Shown: positions 22,415-33,792, counted from the stretch's first letter. The stretch: DNA of 64,000 nt from [Archangium] primigenium (GCF_016904885.1 NZ_JADWYI010000001.1:7369224-7433223); one strand, 5' to 3'. The notes: generated by a model not told the origin, from the letters alone. Numbers and translations: made by a program.

Positions 22415-24064
22415 ATGCGCACACGCGGTGGACTCCGTTCCGCGGCACTTCTCTCATGGGCCACACTCGCAGTGCTCTGCCAGTCGGGCTGCACGCAGGA
22501 CAAGCCCCTCCCCGCTCCCGAAGTGCCCGTGGAGCCGGCCCCCCCCATCGAACCGCCGCCGCCCGTGCCGCCTCCGGCCATCCCGCCCCTGGAGGTGACC
22601 AACCCCGTGATCCCCGGCGACTTCGCCGACCCCTCCGTCATCAAGGTGGGCACGGAGTATTGGGCCACGGCGACCTCGTCCGAGTGGGCGCCCCACTACC
22701 CGCTGATGCGCTCGCCGGATCTGCTGCGTTGGGAGCAGGTGGGCTCCATCTTCCCGGAGGCCCCCTCGTGGGCCGAGGGCAACTACTGGGCGCCGGAGCT
22801 GGCGGAGGATCGGGGCCGCTACTACGTCCTCTACACGGCCCGGAAGAAGGGCGGCCCGCTGTGTGTCGCCGTGGCCACCGCCACCCAGGTCCAGGGGCCG
22901 TACACCGACCATGGGCCGCTCGTGTGCGAGGAGCTCGGCTCCATCGACGGCGCGATGATCCGCGACGAGAACGATCGGCTCGTGCTCGTGTGGAAGCTGG
23001 ATGGCAACAGCCGCGACCTGCCCACCCCCCTCTGGGCGCAGGAGATGACGGAGGACGGCGCGGGCTACAAGCTCACCGGCGAGCGCACGCAGATCCTCCT
23101 GAATGACGTGCCCTGGGAAGGACAGCTCGTCGAGGGGGCCCACCTCGTCCGGCGCAACGGCTGGTTCTATCTCTTCTACGCGGGCAGCGGTTGCTGTGGC
23201 GTCAACTGCAATTACGGCGCGGGCGTGGCCCGCTCCCGCACGCTCCGGGGTGACTGGGAGAAGAATCCGCTCAATCCCATCGTGAAGAGCAACGCGGACT
23301 TCCGCTGCCCTGGCCACGGCAGCATCGTGACGGACACGCACGGCCGCGACTACCTGCTCTACCACGCCTACCGCACCACGGACTCCGTGTACGTCGGTCG
23401 GCAGGGCGTGCTGGACGTGATCACCTGGGGCGAGGACGGCTGGCCGAGCATCAACGGGCGCCGGGGCACGGGCGGCAAGGTGTTGGCCACGCCTCCGCCC
23501 GTCGTGGAGACCTTCTCCTCCCCTGCCCTCGCGCCGGGCTGGCAGTGGCCCAACAAGTACAAGCCGCGCTTCTCCCTCGCCGACGGCCACCTGACGCTGG
23601 CGCCCGAGGCGGCCCGGACCGCCCATCCGCTGGGCGGACTGCTCGCGCGCGCGACGCCCTCGGGGACCTATACGGCCGAGACCCGGGTGGACGTGACGGG
23701 CCTGGCCGCGGGCGCCCTCGTGGGCCTCTCGGCGGTGGGCGACGAGGAGAACGCCGTGGGCCTGGGCCTCCAGGGTGACCAGGTGGTGCTCTGGCGCCGT
23801 CAGGGCGGCAAGCAGGAGACGCTGGCCTCCGTCGCGGCGCCCGCGTCCGCGGACGGCACCTACCTGCTGCGCATGACGGCGAAGTCCGGGCGCCTGTACC
23901 GCTTCGCGATCAGCACGGACGGCACCTCGTGGCTGGACGTGGGACCCGAGCAGAACGGCGACGTGCTGCCGCCGTGGGATCGCGGCATCCGCGTGGGCCT
24001 CACCGTGGGAGGCGCCGCCCAGGCCTCCGCCCGTTTCGACTCGCTGCGCATCACCCCGGAATGA
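22415..24064 (+). CDS. Glycoside hydrolase family 43 lipoprotein (beta-xylosidase/alpha-L-arabinofuranosidase type) with a C-terminal beta-sandwich domain
   Basis: Lipobox CQSGC. GDFADPSVIKVGTEYW is the GH43 N-terminal catalytic Asp motif. ...WAPE.. is the general-acid region. Confidence 0.85.
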   Translation: MRTRGGLRSAALLSWATLAVLCQSGCTQDKPLPAPEVPVEPAPPIEPPPPVPPPAIPPLEVTNPVIPGDFADPSVIKVGTEYWATATSSEWAPHYPLMRSPDLLRWEQVGSIFPEAPSWAEGNYWAPELAEDRGRYYVLYTARKKGGPLCVAVATATQVQGPYTDHGPLVCEELGSIDGAMIRDENDRLVLVWKLDGNSRDLPTPLWAQEMTEDGAGYKLTGERTQILLNDVPWEGQLVEGAHLVRRNGWFYLFYAGSGCCGVNCNYGAGVARSRTLRGDWEKNPLNPIVKSNADFRCPGHGSIVTDTHGRDYLLYHAYRTTDSVYVGRQGVLDVITWGEDGWPSINGRRGTGGKVLATPPPVVETFSSPALAPGWQWPNKYKPRFSLADGHLTLAPEAARTAHPLGGLLARATPSGTYTAETRVDVTGLAAGALVGLSAVGDEENAVGLGLQGDQVVLWRRQGGKQETLASVAAPASADGTYLLRMTAKSGRLYRFAISTDGTSWLDVGPEQNGDVLPPWDRGIRVGLTVGGAAQASARFDSLRITPE

Positions 24065-24071
24065 GACACCG

Positions 24072-25189
<1,118 letters not shown>

Positions 25190-25193
<4 letters not shown>

Positions 25194-26269
25194 CGCACCA
25201 GCAGGTCGGGCCGGAGACGGCCCTCGATGCTCACGGTGGGCCAGCGCGGGTCCACCGTGAGGATCTCCGCCCCGGCGTCGGTGACGACGACGGTGTCCTC
25301 GATCTTCGCGCCCGGCAGGGACGGGTTCCACGCCACGGCGTTGTTCGGCTGGAGCACGCCCGGCACGTCCGGTCCCGCGATGGCGTCCCGGGACAGGTAG
25401 CCACAGGGGCCGCCCTGGTGGTGGAACGCCTCCGCGCCCTTGCGGCCCACGTCCGCGTAGGCCTTCACGATGGCCGTGTACACGTCCGAGATCGCCGCGC
25501 CCGGCCGTGAGGCCTGGAAGGCCGCGGCCTCCACCCGTGCCACGTCCGCCACCAGGAGCCGCTCCACGGGCGTGGGCGCGCGGAAGTAGACGAAGCGCGT
25601 GAGGTTGGCGAACAGCCCGTGGCGGCGGCCGCAGAAGACGAGCATCGCGCGCGCGCCCAGCTTCTCGTGGCTCGCGGTGGCATGGCGGTGCACGGGCAGT
25701 CGGCGCTCCTCGCCCACCAGGGTCAGCGCCGGGTGGATGCCCCGGGCCCAGAGCGCCTCGGCGCCCGCGCCCGCGAGCTCCCAGCCCGTCCACTCGGGTT
25801 TGGCCGCCAGCAGCACCTCGGTCATCGCCTCCGCCGCGTCCCGCCCGAGCGTCCGGTAGCGCTCCAGCTCCTCGGGCATGAGCGACCAGCGCAGGGAGAC
25901 CAGCTCCGCTGGCAGGGCCTGCTCGCCCCGCGTGGGCCGATCGGAGGCCACGGGCGCGCCCGCGCGGCGCGATTCCACGAAGGACTCGCGCGCGGCCTTG
26001 TCCGTCCACGGCGCGGACCAGATCTTCAGGCCCGCGGGCACCTCTTCCTCCTCGAGCCGCGCCGCCTCGATGGCGTCGGTGAGCACCCAGGCGTCGTCCC
26101 GGGTGATGAGCACCTCGGCCACGCCCACGTCGGTGGTGAGCAGCACGACGTTGGAGCCGCCGCAGGTGGCCCAGCCGAACCAGTCCACGCCCCGCAGCCG
26201 CACCGCGCCCAGCCCCTGCTTCACCAGCACGTCGCGCACGCGCGCCAGCTTCACGTCCAGCTCGCTCAC
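25190..26269 (-). CDS. M24-family metallopeptidase (Xaa-Pro aminopeptidase/creatinase-like)
   Basis: The pita-bread C-domain carries H/D/E metal ligands (e.g. HHQGGPCGY). An N-terminal creatinase-like domain is present. Its start overlaps the upstream gene's stop. Confidence 0.7.
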
Positions 26270-27396
26270 GGCGCACCCCCGTCCTTCTTCGCGTCCCGGG
26301 CCGCCGCTTCCATGCGCCGCTGCAGCCGGGGCACCACGTAGGACAGGTCCTCGGGCGCCTTCACCGGCTCGAAGCGCGAGGTGACGGGGTTGTCGCGCGG
26401 CACCTCGATGAAGGCCACGGACAGCACGGCCTTCTTGTCGGGGCCCATGACGGCGCTGGCCTCGCTGGTGATCTGCTCCAGCTGGATGACCTCGTGCCCG
26501 TCCACCTTCTTCTTCGCCACGCGGTAGGGCACGTCGATCCGCCGGTCGAGGATGGCCGGCAGCGAGAAGGCGATGTTGTTGGTGTTGATGAGCCGGTGCT
26601 TGGTGGAGTCCACGTGCTCCACGAGCTGGGGGTGGCCGCCGATGCGCACCGGGGCCGCGCCCACGTCGAGCGTGCCATTCTGGTTCGCGCGCGGCGTCAC
26701 CTCGATCGTCATCTCGCGGCCGAGCTTGATGTGCAGCCCGATGATGATGGGATCCAACGTGGCGCCCATGTTGTCCACGTTGGAGAAGAACAGGTGGCGC
26801 ACGCCGCGCTTACGGAGGATGTCCCCGGTGCCGCTCTCGCGCAGGGCCCGGAAGAAGTCCCCGTGGCCCGAGGGCGCGAAGGACAGCTCCCCCTGGGCGT
26901 CCCGGAACAGCTCCCAGTTGGGCGTGAGCCGGGGGAGCATGCGCTGCTCGAACAGGAAGACGTCCTCCCCGAGTCCCCGGGGCTTCACGTAGGCCTCGAT
27001 GCCCTCGTGCGTGAGCGGCGAGGTCATGAGCACCACGGGCACCGAGGCGCCGTGGCGCTGGGCCACCCCGCGGATGTCCTCCAGGCGCAGCTCCAGGAAG
27101 GTGCGCTCGCCGAGCAGCGGGGCCAGTGCCTTGACGGCGCCGCCGAAGCGCGTGCCCGCGCCGCCCACGAGGATGAGCATGGAGACCTCGCCCCGCCGGA
27201 GCGCCTCGGAGCCCAGCCGGTGGCACTCGTCGTACAGCGGCGTGCCGGGCGCGGGCACCGCCTCGATGTCGGAAGGATCCAACGGGCGATGATCCGCCGC
27301 GGAGGGGGACGCGCCAGCGCCCTGGAGCTCCTGTCGGACCTGAGCCACCAGTGCTTCAAACTGCTTCGGGTCGAAACCTTGGGACGTGTCGGTCAT
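26266..27396 (-). CDS. UDP-sugar pyrophosphorylase / UTP--hexose-1-phosphate uridylyltransferase (PF01704, eukaryotic-type UGPase family)
   Basis: LILVGGAGTRFG, VVLMTSPLTHE, FEQRMLPRL and PSGHGDFF match the LxGGxGTxxG / MNSxxT / FxQ..PR / PxGHGD motifs of UGP/USP enzymes. Confidence 0.7.
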   Translation of the reverse strand: MTDTSQGFDPKQFEALVAQVRQELQGAGASPSAADHRPLDPSDIEAVPAPGTPLYDECHRLGSEALRRGEVSMLILVGGAGTRFGGAVKALAPLLGERTFLELRLEDIRGVAQRHGASVPVVLMTSPLTHEGIEAYVKPRGLGEDVFLFEQRMLPRLTPNWELFRDAQGELSFAPSGHGDFFRALRESGTGDILRKRGVRHLFFSNVDNMGATLDPIIIGLHIKLGREMTIEVTPRANQNGTLDVGAAPVRIGGHPQLVEHVDSTKHRLINTNNIAFSLPAILDRRIDVPYRVAKKKVDGHEVIQLEQITSEASAVMGPDKKAVLSVAFIEVPRDNPVTSRFEPVKAPEDLSYVVPRLQRRMEAAARDAKKDGGAP

Positions 27397-29446
27397 GGCC
27401 GTCCTGTACTTAAGCCGTGGAACTGCAAGGGGCAATGGCGTTCCATTGACGGTCCGCGGCATCCCGGGCAGAGATGCCGCCGTGCTCATTTCCCTGCTGG
27501 CCGCATTCCTGACGAGTCAGACGCCTCCCGAGCCCGCCCCCGGTCCGACCCCGCCCGACGAGCCGGATCGACGCCAGCAGACGGTGGTCACCGCGTCGCG
27601 CGCCGAGCGCAAGCTGGAGGACGTGGTGGTGGCCACCGAGGTCATCACCCGGGAGCAGATCGAGGCGATCGGTGTGCGGGATCTTGGACAGTTGCTCCAG
27701 CAGCACCCTGGCGTGGAGCTCGTCTATACCTTCCGGGGCGTGGGCCTGCGACTGCAGGGATTGGATCCTGAGTACGTGCTCGTGCTCGTCGATGGGGAGC
27801 GAGTGGGCGGACGGGTGGGCACCACGCTCGACCTGGGACGCTTCAGCCTGCGCGAGGTGGAGCGGGTGGAGATCGTCAAGGGTCCGGCCGCGGCGCTCTA
27901 TGGCGCGGATGCGATCGGCGGAGTGGTGAACCTCATCACCCGGCGCGTCCAGAAGCCCCTGGAGCTGGGGGGCCGAGGCCTGTTCGGCACGCTGTTGGAG
28001 GCCGATGCACGCGCCAACGCGGGCACCAAACAGGGGCCCCTGGAGCTGCGGGTGGGCGGTGGTTTCCGCCGACGCGACCCCTACGACTGGCAGCCCGCGG
28101 ACGCGGCCACGAGCGGCGCGGGGCTCCAGCGCTTCGACGGCGACGTGTCGCTCGCCTATGCGCCCGAGGAGCGCACGCGGGTGGCCCTGCGCGCGAACTA
28201 CACCCGGCGGGACGAGAACGCCGTGGACCTCAACCCCTCGGGCGCCGTGCTGGACCGGCGGCAGCGGCAGGAGCAGGTGGACGTGTCGCTGAGCGGCCGG
28301 CACCAGCTCGAGCGCGGCCCGTCCCTGCTCGTGCGGGGCCACTTCGGCCTGTTCAACGAGCAGCTCTTACAGGACCAGCGCGGCTCGCGGGCGCTCGACG
28401 ACTACTCGCACAACATCACCCGGCTCTACGAGGGCCTGGTGCAGGGCGACCATCGCCTCGGCGCCCACGCCCTCACCGGCGGCGTGGAATTGCTCGCCGA
28501 GCGGCTCGACTCCCAGCGCCTGGCGCTCAGCCCCGTGTCGCGCCTGCGCGGGGGCGTGTTCCTCCAGGACGAGTGGGACGTGCTGCCGGGCACCGGGGGA
28601 GGCCCGCGGCTCAAGGTGGCGCCCGGCCTGCGCTTCGACCTGGACTCGCAGTTCGGCGGCGCCCCCTCCCCCCGGCTCGCGATCAAGCTGGACCCCACGC
28701 CCGCGCTCACCGTGCGCGCCTCGGCGGGACTCGGCTTCCGGCCGCCGTCCTTCCAGGAGCTGTACCTGCGCTTCGCCAACGCGGGCATCGGCTACGTGGT
28801 GACGGGCAACCCCGCCCTCACCGCCGAGCACTCCGCGGCGGTGAACGTCGGCGTGGACTGGCGCCCCCCGCCCCTGCCGGGCTGGTTGTTCTCCGCGAGC
28901 GCCTTCCACACCCGGCTGAGGGATCTCATCAACGTCACCGCCAGCGGCGTGCCCAACCCGGATGACCCGGTGACGTTCAACTACGAGAACGTGGCGCGCG
29001 CCTACACCCAGGGCGTGGAGCTCAACGGCCGCGTCAAGCTGCCCGTGCGCGCGACGTACCTGGACCTGGCGTACATGTTCATCGACGCGCGGGATCTCAC
29101 CCGGGATCGGCCGCTGGAGGGCCGCTCGCGCCACCGCGTCAACACGCAGCTCACCACGCGCTACCGGCCGTGGAACCTGGAGGCCGTGGTGCGCGGCTCG
29201 TGGGTGAGCCGCCGCGTCTACTACCTCGGCGTGGGAGGAGGCTTCGCCAACGTGCTCGGCTCCGGCGAGGACACGGCGAGCGGTGCGCCGGCCTACGTGG
29301 ACCTGGAGGCCCAGGTGACGTACCGCTTCCCCCGCTCGGGAATCGAGCTGTTCGTCAACGGGTACAACCTGCTCAACGCGGGCGATCAGCAGTTCAACCC
29401 CCGCCCGCCCCGAGGCGTCCTGGGCGGCATCCAATGGGATTACTGA
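27386..29446 (+). CDS. TonB-dependent outer-membrane receptor
   Basis: A TonB box-like region, the plug domain (VVVTASRAERKLEDVVVATEVITREQIE), GPAAALYGADAIGGVVNLITRR, a long beta-barrel, and an aromatic C-terminus (IQWDY). The real start is probably an internal TTG/GTG at about 27446 or 27482, because the ORF's 5' end would overlap the divergent USP gene. Confidence 0.8.
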   Translation: MSVMAVLYLSRGTARGNGVPLTVRGIPGRDAAVLISLLAAFLTSQTPPEPAPGPTPPDEPDRRQQTVVTASRAERKLEDVVVATEVITREQIEAIGVRDLGQLLQQHPGVELVYTFRGVGLRLQGLDPEYVLVLVDGERVGGRVGTTLDLGRFSLREVERVEIVKGPAAALYGADAIGGVVNLITRRVQKPLELGGRGLFGTLLEADARANAGTKQGPLELRVGGGFRRRDPYDWQPADAATSGAGLQRFDGDVSLAYAPEERTRVALRANYTRRDENAVDLNPSGAVLDRRQRQEQVDVSLSGRHQLERGPSLLVRGHFGLFNEQLLQDQRGSRALDDYSHNITRLYEGLVQGDHRLGAHALTGGVELLAERLDSQRLALSPVSRLRGGVFLQDEWDVLPGTGGGPRLKVAPGLRFDLDSQFGGAPSPRLAIKLDPTPALTVRASAGLGFRPPSFQELYLRFANAGIGYVVTGNPALTAEHSAAVNVGVDWRPPPLPGWLFSASAFHTRLRDLINVTASGVPNPDDPVTFNYENVARAYTQGVELNGRVKLPVRATYLDLAYMFIDARDLTRDRPLEGRSRHRVNTQLTTRYRPWNLEAVVRGSWVSRRVYYLGVGGGFANVLGSGEDTASGAPAYVDLEAQVTYRFPRSGIELFVNGYNLLNAGDQQFNPRPPRGVLGGIQWDY

Positions 29447-30045
29447 TGCGGCGACATGACCCGAGGCCGTGGCTGGGGCTCGTGCTGATAGGGAGCGCGG
29501 TGGGCTGCGCGCCGGACCTGCGCGAGGACTACCCCTTCGACGGGCAGACCTCCGCGGGCCCCCTCGTCGAGGTCACCCCCCGGCCCGAGGGCGGGGCCGA
29601 CGTGATCGTCGACGCGACGAGCAAGACGGGCACGGTGTACGTCGACCTCGACGAGGGCCGGGAGATGAAGACCGACGAGGCCCTGGACACCAACGGGTGG
29701 GACCTGGCGTTCCAGCGCTTCACCATCACCACCAATGGGGGCGGCGGCAATCCCACGGGCGAGGTGCACGTGGCGGTGCTCACCAGCGGCGACTGGGACG
29801 GGCTCACCACCGCGCCCGCGAGCGGCTACCAGCAGGACGCCTCGGAGACGGTCTTCAATGGCGTACAAGGTGGCTGGTACAACTATGATCTGGTGAAGCA
29901 CCAGCTGCAGCCGCGCGAGTCCCTGCTGTACGTGGTGCGCAGCAGCCAGGGGCGCTACTTCAAGCTCAAGATGCGCTCGTATTACGACAGCGCGGGCACG
30001 CCGGCGCGGCTGTCGTTCCAATACCAGGCGGTGGCCGCGCCCTGA
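29446..30045 (+). CDS. HmuY-like lipoprotein (accessory to the TonB-dependent receptor)
   Basis: Signal with lipobox LIGSAVGC. WDLAFQRF and YFKLKMRSYY resemble HmuY-family beta-sandwich proteins. Its ATG overlaps the receptor stop (TGATG). Confidence 0.5.
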   Translation: MRRHDPRPWLGLVLIGSAVGCAPDLREDYPFDGQTSAGPLVEVTPRPEGGADVIVDATSKTGTVYVDLDEGREMKTDEALDTNGWDLAFQRFTITTNGGGGNPTGEVHVAVLTSGDWDGLTTAPASGYQQDASETVFNGVQGGWYNYDLVKHQLQPRESLLYVVRSSQGRYFKLKMRSYYDSAGTPARLSFQYQAVAAP

Positions 30046-30298
30046 GCCGCGGCGGGCCTTCCACCGAGGGCTCGCCCCACCGCTCCTCCTCGGAAAAGAG
30101 GCCACTCCCGACAGAGCGGACCGTCTGTTCTGGGTATGCCGTTTGTCCCGGAAAAATGAAGCCGAACTGTCACACAACCCCCGTGCACGACCCCGGCGGG
30201 CGCGATAGACGGCAGAGGCTCCCATGTCGGGAGCACGTACCGGAAGCGGCCCCGAGGCTGGAGGCCGTGCGCCGGTGCGCCCCACCCAGGGCCTGCCC

Positions 30299-33103
30299 AT
30301 GCGAATGTCCTTCCGACTGGTGATGACGCTTCTTCTGCCCCTGGCGCTCGCGCGCTGCGGCGATCCAGAGGAGAAACCGCAACCGGGAGTCACGGAGTAC
30401 ACGGTGGGCGGCACCGTGACGGGCCTCAAGGGCAGCGGACTGGTGCTGCGCTATGGCGATGAGACGCTGGGCGTGCCCAACGACGGCTCCTTCACCTTCG
30501 CGCGCAAGGCAGTTGCCGGCACCGCCTACGCGGTCTCGGTAGAGACCCAGCCCTCGGAGCCGCCCCAGGCGTGTACCGTGACCAATGGCTCGGGCACGCT
30601 CGGCAGCGCGAACGTGACGGACGTCACCGTGACGTGCGGCACGGCGGCCTTCAAGGTGGGCGGCACCGTGACGGGCCTGGTGGGCACGGGCCTCAAGCTG
30701 AAGAACGGGACGGAGACGCTGAACGTGGCGGCCAATGGGGCCTTCCAGTTCGCCACGCCCCTGGAGACCGGTGTGGCGTACGCCGTCACCGTGTCCACCC
30801 AGCCCACGGGCCCCGCGCAGCGCTGCACGGTGTCCGGCGGTGAGGGCATCATGGGCGGCGCGGACGTGACGAGCGTCACCGTCAACTGCGACACCTCGAA
30901 GTTCACGGTGGGCGGCACGGTGAGCGGGCTCAACGGCACGCTGGTGCTCGGCAACGGCACGCAGGAGGTGACCCTCACGGGCACGGGCTCCTCGGCCAAC
31001 ACCTCGTTCGCCTTCCCCACCGGCTATGAGACCGGCACCGCGTACGACGTGAAGGTGAAGACGGCCCCCGCGGCCCAGGACTGCACCGTCACCCGCGGCA
31101 CCGGCACGGTGGGCTCCGCCAACGTCACCAACGTGGCCGTGGCGTGCGTCACCCGCGCGTACCTGGTGAACGTGACGGTGAGCGGCCTCGTCGGCACGCT
31201 GGTCGTCAAGAACAACGACACGGACTCGCTGACCTTCACCACCAACGAGACCAAGGCCTTCAACAACCGCGTGACCGAGGGCGGCACCTACTTCGTCACC
31301 GTGGGCACCCAGCCCGCCACCCAGACGTGCACCTCCGAGCAGGCGGCCGCCGCGCCCATCGGCACGGCGAACGTGACGGTGAAGGTGACGTGCGTGACCA
31401 ACCAGTACTCCCTGGGCGGCAGCGTGAGCGGCCTCGGCGCGGGTGAGTCCGTGACGCTGGCCAACGGCACCCAGGAGACGACGGTGAGCACCAATGGCGC
31501 CTTCCAGTTCGCCCAGAAGGTGGACCAGGGCGCGGCCTACACGGTGACGGTGAAGACGGCCCCCGCGGGCAAGCAGTGCGGCGTGTCCAACGGCACGGGC
31601 ACGGTGGGCGCTGGCGACGTGACGAACGTGAGCGTGGTGTGCTCGGCCAGCACCTACACCGTGGGCGGCAACCTGAGCGGCCTGGGCACCGGTGGCACCG
31701 TGAAGCTGCGCAACAACGGCGGCGATGAGCTGACCCTGACGACCAACGGCGCGTTCACCTTCGCCACCTCGCTGCCCGAGGGCGGCAGCTACGCGGTGAC
31801 CGTCTCGGAGCAGCCCGCGGGTCAGTCCTGCACGGTGCAGAACGGCACGGGCAGCGGCCTGGCGGCGAACGTCACCAACGTGGCCGTCACCTGCGCCAAC
31901 CTCTACACGGTGGGTGGCACCGTGACGGGCCTGTCGAGCGGCAAGACGCTCGTGCTCACCAACAACGGCGGCAACGACCTGACCGTCACGGGCGGCAGCA
32001 CGACCTTCACCTTCTCCACGGGCCTGGCGAGCGGCGCGGCCTACGCCGTGGCCGTGAAGACCCAGCCCGCGGGCCTCACCTGCGCGGTGAGCAACGGCTC
32101 GGGCACCATCGCCTCCGCCAACGTGACGAACGTGACGGTCACCTGCACGGTGCCGCCCGCGCGCGTGTCCGTGGTGCGTGTGGGTGACGGCACCACGCCG
32201 CTCACCGGCGGCGCCGCCGCCGCTGTCAACATCGACACCTATGACGTGATCTCCGGCACGCGCATCGGCTCGGTGCCGGTGACCGGGCTCACCCTGGCCG
32301 GTTCCTCCGGCTCCGAGGGCTTCCTGAGCCGCTCGGTGGATGGTCGCTACGTGGTGCTCGCGGGCTACAGCGCCGCGGCGGGCACCGCCGGCGTGGCGGG
32401 CACGACCTCCAGCGTCAACCCGCGCGTGGTGGGCCGTGTGGGCGCCACGGGCAACGGCTCGGTCGTCGCGAGCCTGAACGCCGCGTTCAGCACCGGCAAC
32501 GTGCGCTCGGCCACCACGGTGGACGGCACGGCGTACTGGGTCGCGGGCACGGGCGCCACGGGCGTGGGTGGCATCCACTACGTCACCGGGGGCTCCACGG
32601 GAGCGTCCACGCAGATTCTCGCCAACCCCAACAACTCGCGCGTGACCGCCATCTACAACGGCCAGCTGTACCTGACCTCGGGCAGCGGCACGTTCATCAC
32701 GGTCTCCGCGGTGGGCACGGGCACGCCCACGACCTCGGGCCAGACGGCCACGGGGCTGTCCGGTGTGGCCGGCTCGGCCATCACCTCGCCCTACCAGTTC
32801 TTCTTCCTGAACGACTCCACGCTGTACGTCGCGGACGACGGCAACAGCGGCGGCGTGTTCAAGTACACCAAGAACAGCTCGGGCAACTGGACCTCGCAGC
32901 CCGTCACCAACCCGGGCCCCGCCGTGGCCGTCACCGCGCTCGTGGACGGCACGACGGTGCGCGTGGTGGCGACCCTCAAGGGCGTGAGCGTCAACAAGCT
33001 CGTCACCTACGTGGATGACGGCACGACCACCGCGACCGTGACCACGGTGGACACGGCCGCGGCCAACTTCGGCTTCCGCGGCGTGGCGGTGGCGCCCAAC
33101 TAG
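30299..33103 (+). CDS. Large secreted/cell-surface protein: signal peptide, 7 tandem ~85-aa beta-sandwich-like repeats, and a ~330-aa Gly/Thr/Ser/Val-rich C-terminal domain
   Basis: The start was taken at MRMSFRLVMTLLLPLALARC. The repeat consensus is Y.VGG.V.GL.G..L.L.N....L.V..NG.F.FA..L..G.AY.V.V.TQP.G..C.V.NG.G....NVT.V.V.C. Confidence 0.7.
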   Translation: MRMSFRLVMTLLLPLALARCGDPEEKPQPGVTEYTVGGTVTGLKGSGLVLRYGDETLGVPNDGSFTFARKAVAGTAYAVSVETQPSEPPQACTVTNGSGTLGSANVTDVTVTCGTAAFKVGGTVTGLVGTGLKLKNGTETLNVAANGAFQFATPLETGVAYAVTVSTQPTGPAQRCTVSGGEGIMGGADVTSVTVNCDTSKFTVGGTVSGLNGTLVLGNGTQEVTLTGTGSSANTSFAFPTGYETGTAYDVKVKTAPAAQDCTVTRGTGTVGSANVTNVAVACVTRAYLVNVTVSGLVGTLVVKNNDTDSLTFTTNETKAFNNRVTEGGTYFVTVGTQPATQTCTSEQAAAAPIGTANVTVKVTCVTNQYSLGGSVSGLGAGESVTLANGTQETTVSTNGAFQFAQKVDQGAAYTVTVKTAPAGKQCGVSNGTGTVGAGDVTNVSVVCSASTYTVGGNLSGLGTGGTVKLRNNGGDELTLTTNGAFTFATSLPEGGSYAVTVSEQPAGQSCTVQNGTGSGLAANVTNVAVTCANLYTVGGTVTGLSSGKTLVLTNNGGNDLTVTGGSTTFTFSTGLASGAAYAVAVKTQPAGLTCAVSNGSGTIASANVTNVTVTCTVPPARVSVVRVGDGTTPLTGGAAAAVNIDTYDVISGTRIGSVPVTGLTLAGSSGSEGFLSRSVDGRYVVLAGYSAAAGTAGVAGTTSSVNPRVVGRVGATGNGSVVASLNAAFSTGNVRSATTVDGTAYWVAGTGATGVGGIHYVTGGSTGASTQILANPNNSRVTAIYNGQLYLTSGSGTFITVSAVGTGTPTTSGQTATGLSGVAGSAITSPYQFFFLNDSTLYVADDGNSGGVFKYTKNSSGNWTSQPVTNPGPAVAVTALVDGTTVRVVATLKGVSVNKLVTYVDDGTTTATVTTVDTAAANFGFRGVAVAPN
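30398..32160 (+). repeat. Seven tandem ~255-bp intragenic repeats (divergent at the DNA level, conserved at the protein level)
   Basis: Repeated ggcggcaccgtgacgggcct... and gcctacgc(g/c)gt... blocks. A single Cys pair recurs in every unit. Confidence 0.7.
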
Positions 33104-33216
33104 TCGTTCCGGCCTTCCGCGCCTCGCGGAGGTCCCAGCGGCCCGGGTGGTCTCCTGCTCCCAAGGCAGGGCCCATCCGGGCCGTCGTCTTTTCTCAGGA
33201 CGCGCGGGCCTCTCCG

Positions 33217-33771
33217 TCAGCGCGGGCCTTCTTCGGGGTGGGCCTCGGAACCGGGCGCGTCGGACGCTGGGGTGTTGGTCCCGGGTGCCACCGCGGGTGG
33301 TGGGGTCACAGGCGAGGACCGAGGAGGTTCCGTCCAGCCCTCGGGAGGCGCTTCACCCAGGACTTCACCTTGGGCCGTCACCGCGTACTCGTACCACCAA
33401 TCGAGGACGCGCCCGACCGGTCCTCCACATCGGTCGAAGCGTTGGTGCAAGACCACGAAGTACAGGCCCGAACCCGACTCCTTGAAGACGGCGACATCCA
33501 GGCCCTGCTCGGGACTCGAGCATCCCTCGAACAATCCCGGGTCATCGTTCTGGCGCAACATCTCCCGAACGGCCGCCCCCGCCGCGATCGCCGCTCCGGC
33601 TTCCATGGGCGCACCGATGAGCTCGGTCGATGAGTGGTCTGGCCACGCGATGTGCCGCTTCGGCGTCAAGCCCAGCCACGCACAACCGGCGTTCTCCAGA
33701 GAGAACGCCGTGAGCAACCACAACAGACGACGACGCCTTGGACGCGTGCGCCATGGGTTCACGTCATCCAC
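33217..33771 (-). CDS. Hypothetical lipoprotein
   Basis: Signal LLWLLTAFSLENAGC (lipobox). Length 184 aa. Confidence 0.4.
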   Translation of the reverse strand: MDDVNPWRTRPRRRRLLWLLTAFSLENAGCAWLGLTPKRHIAWPDHSSTELIGAPMEAGAAIAAGAAVREMLRQNDDPGLFEGCSSPEQGLDVAVFKESGSGLYFVVLHQRFDRCGGPVGRVLDWWYEYAVTAQGEVLGEAPPEGWTEPPRSSPVTPPPAVAPGTNTPASDAPGSEAHPEEGPR

Positions 33772-33792
33772 ATCGTGTCTCCGTGTTGAGGC

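Noticed and set aside
30170-32578. 802-aa minus-strand ORF antisense to the repeat-protein gene
   Set aside because: Mirror image of the + strand repeats. Extreme Gly/Arg/Ala/His composition. The + strand frame has a signal peptide, a periodic repeat structure and conserved Cys spacing.
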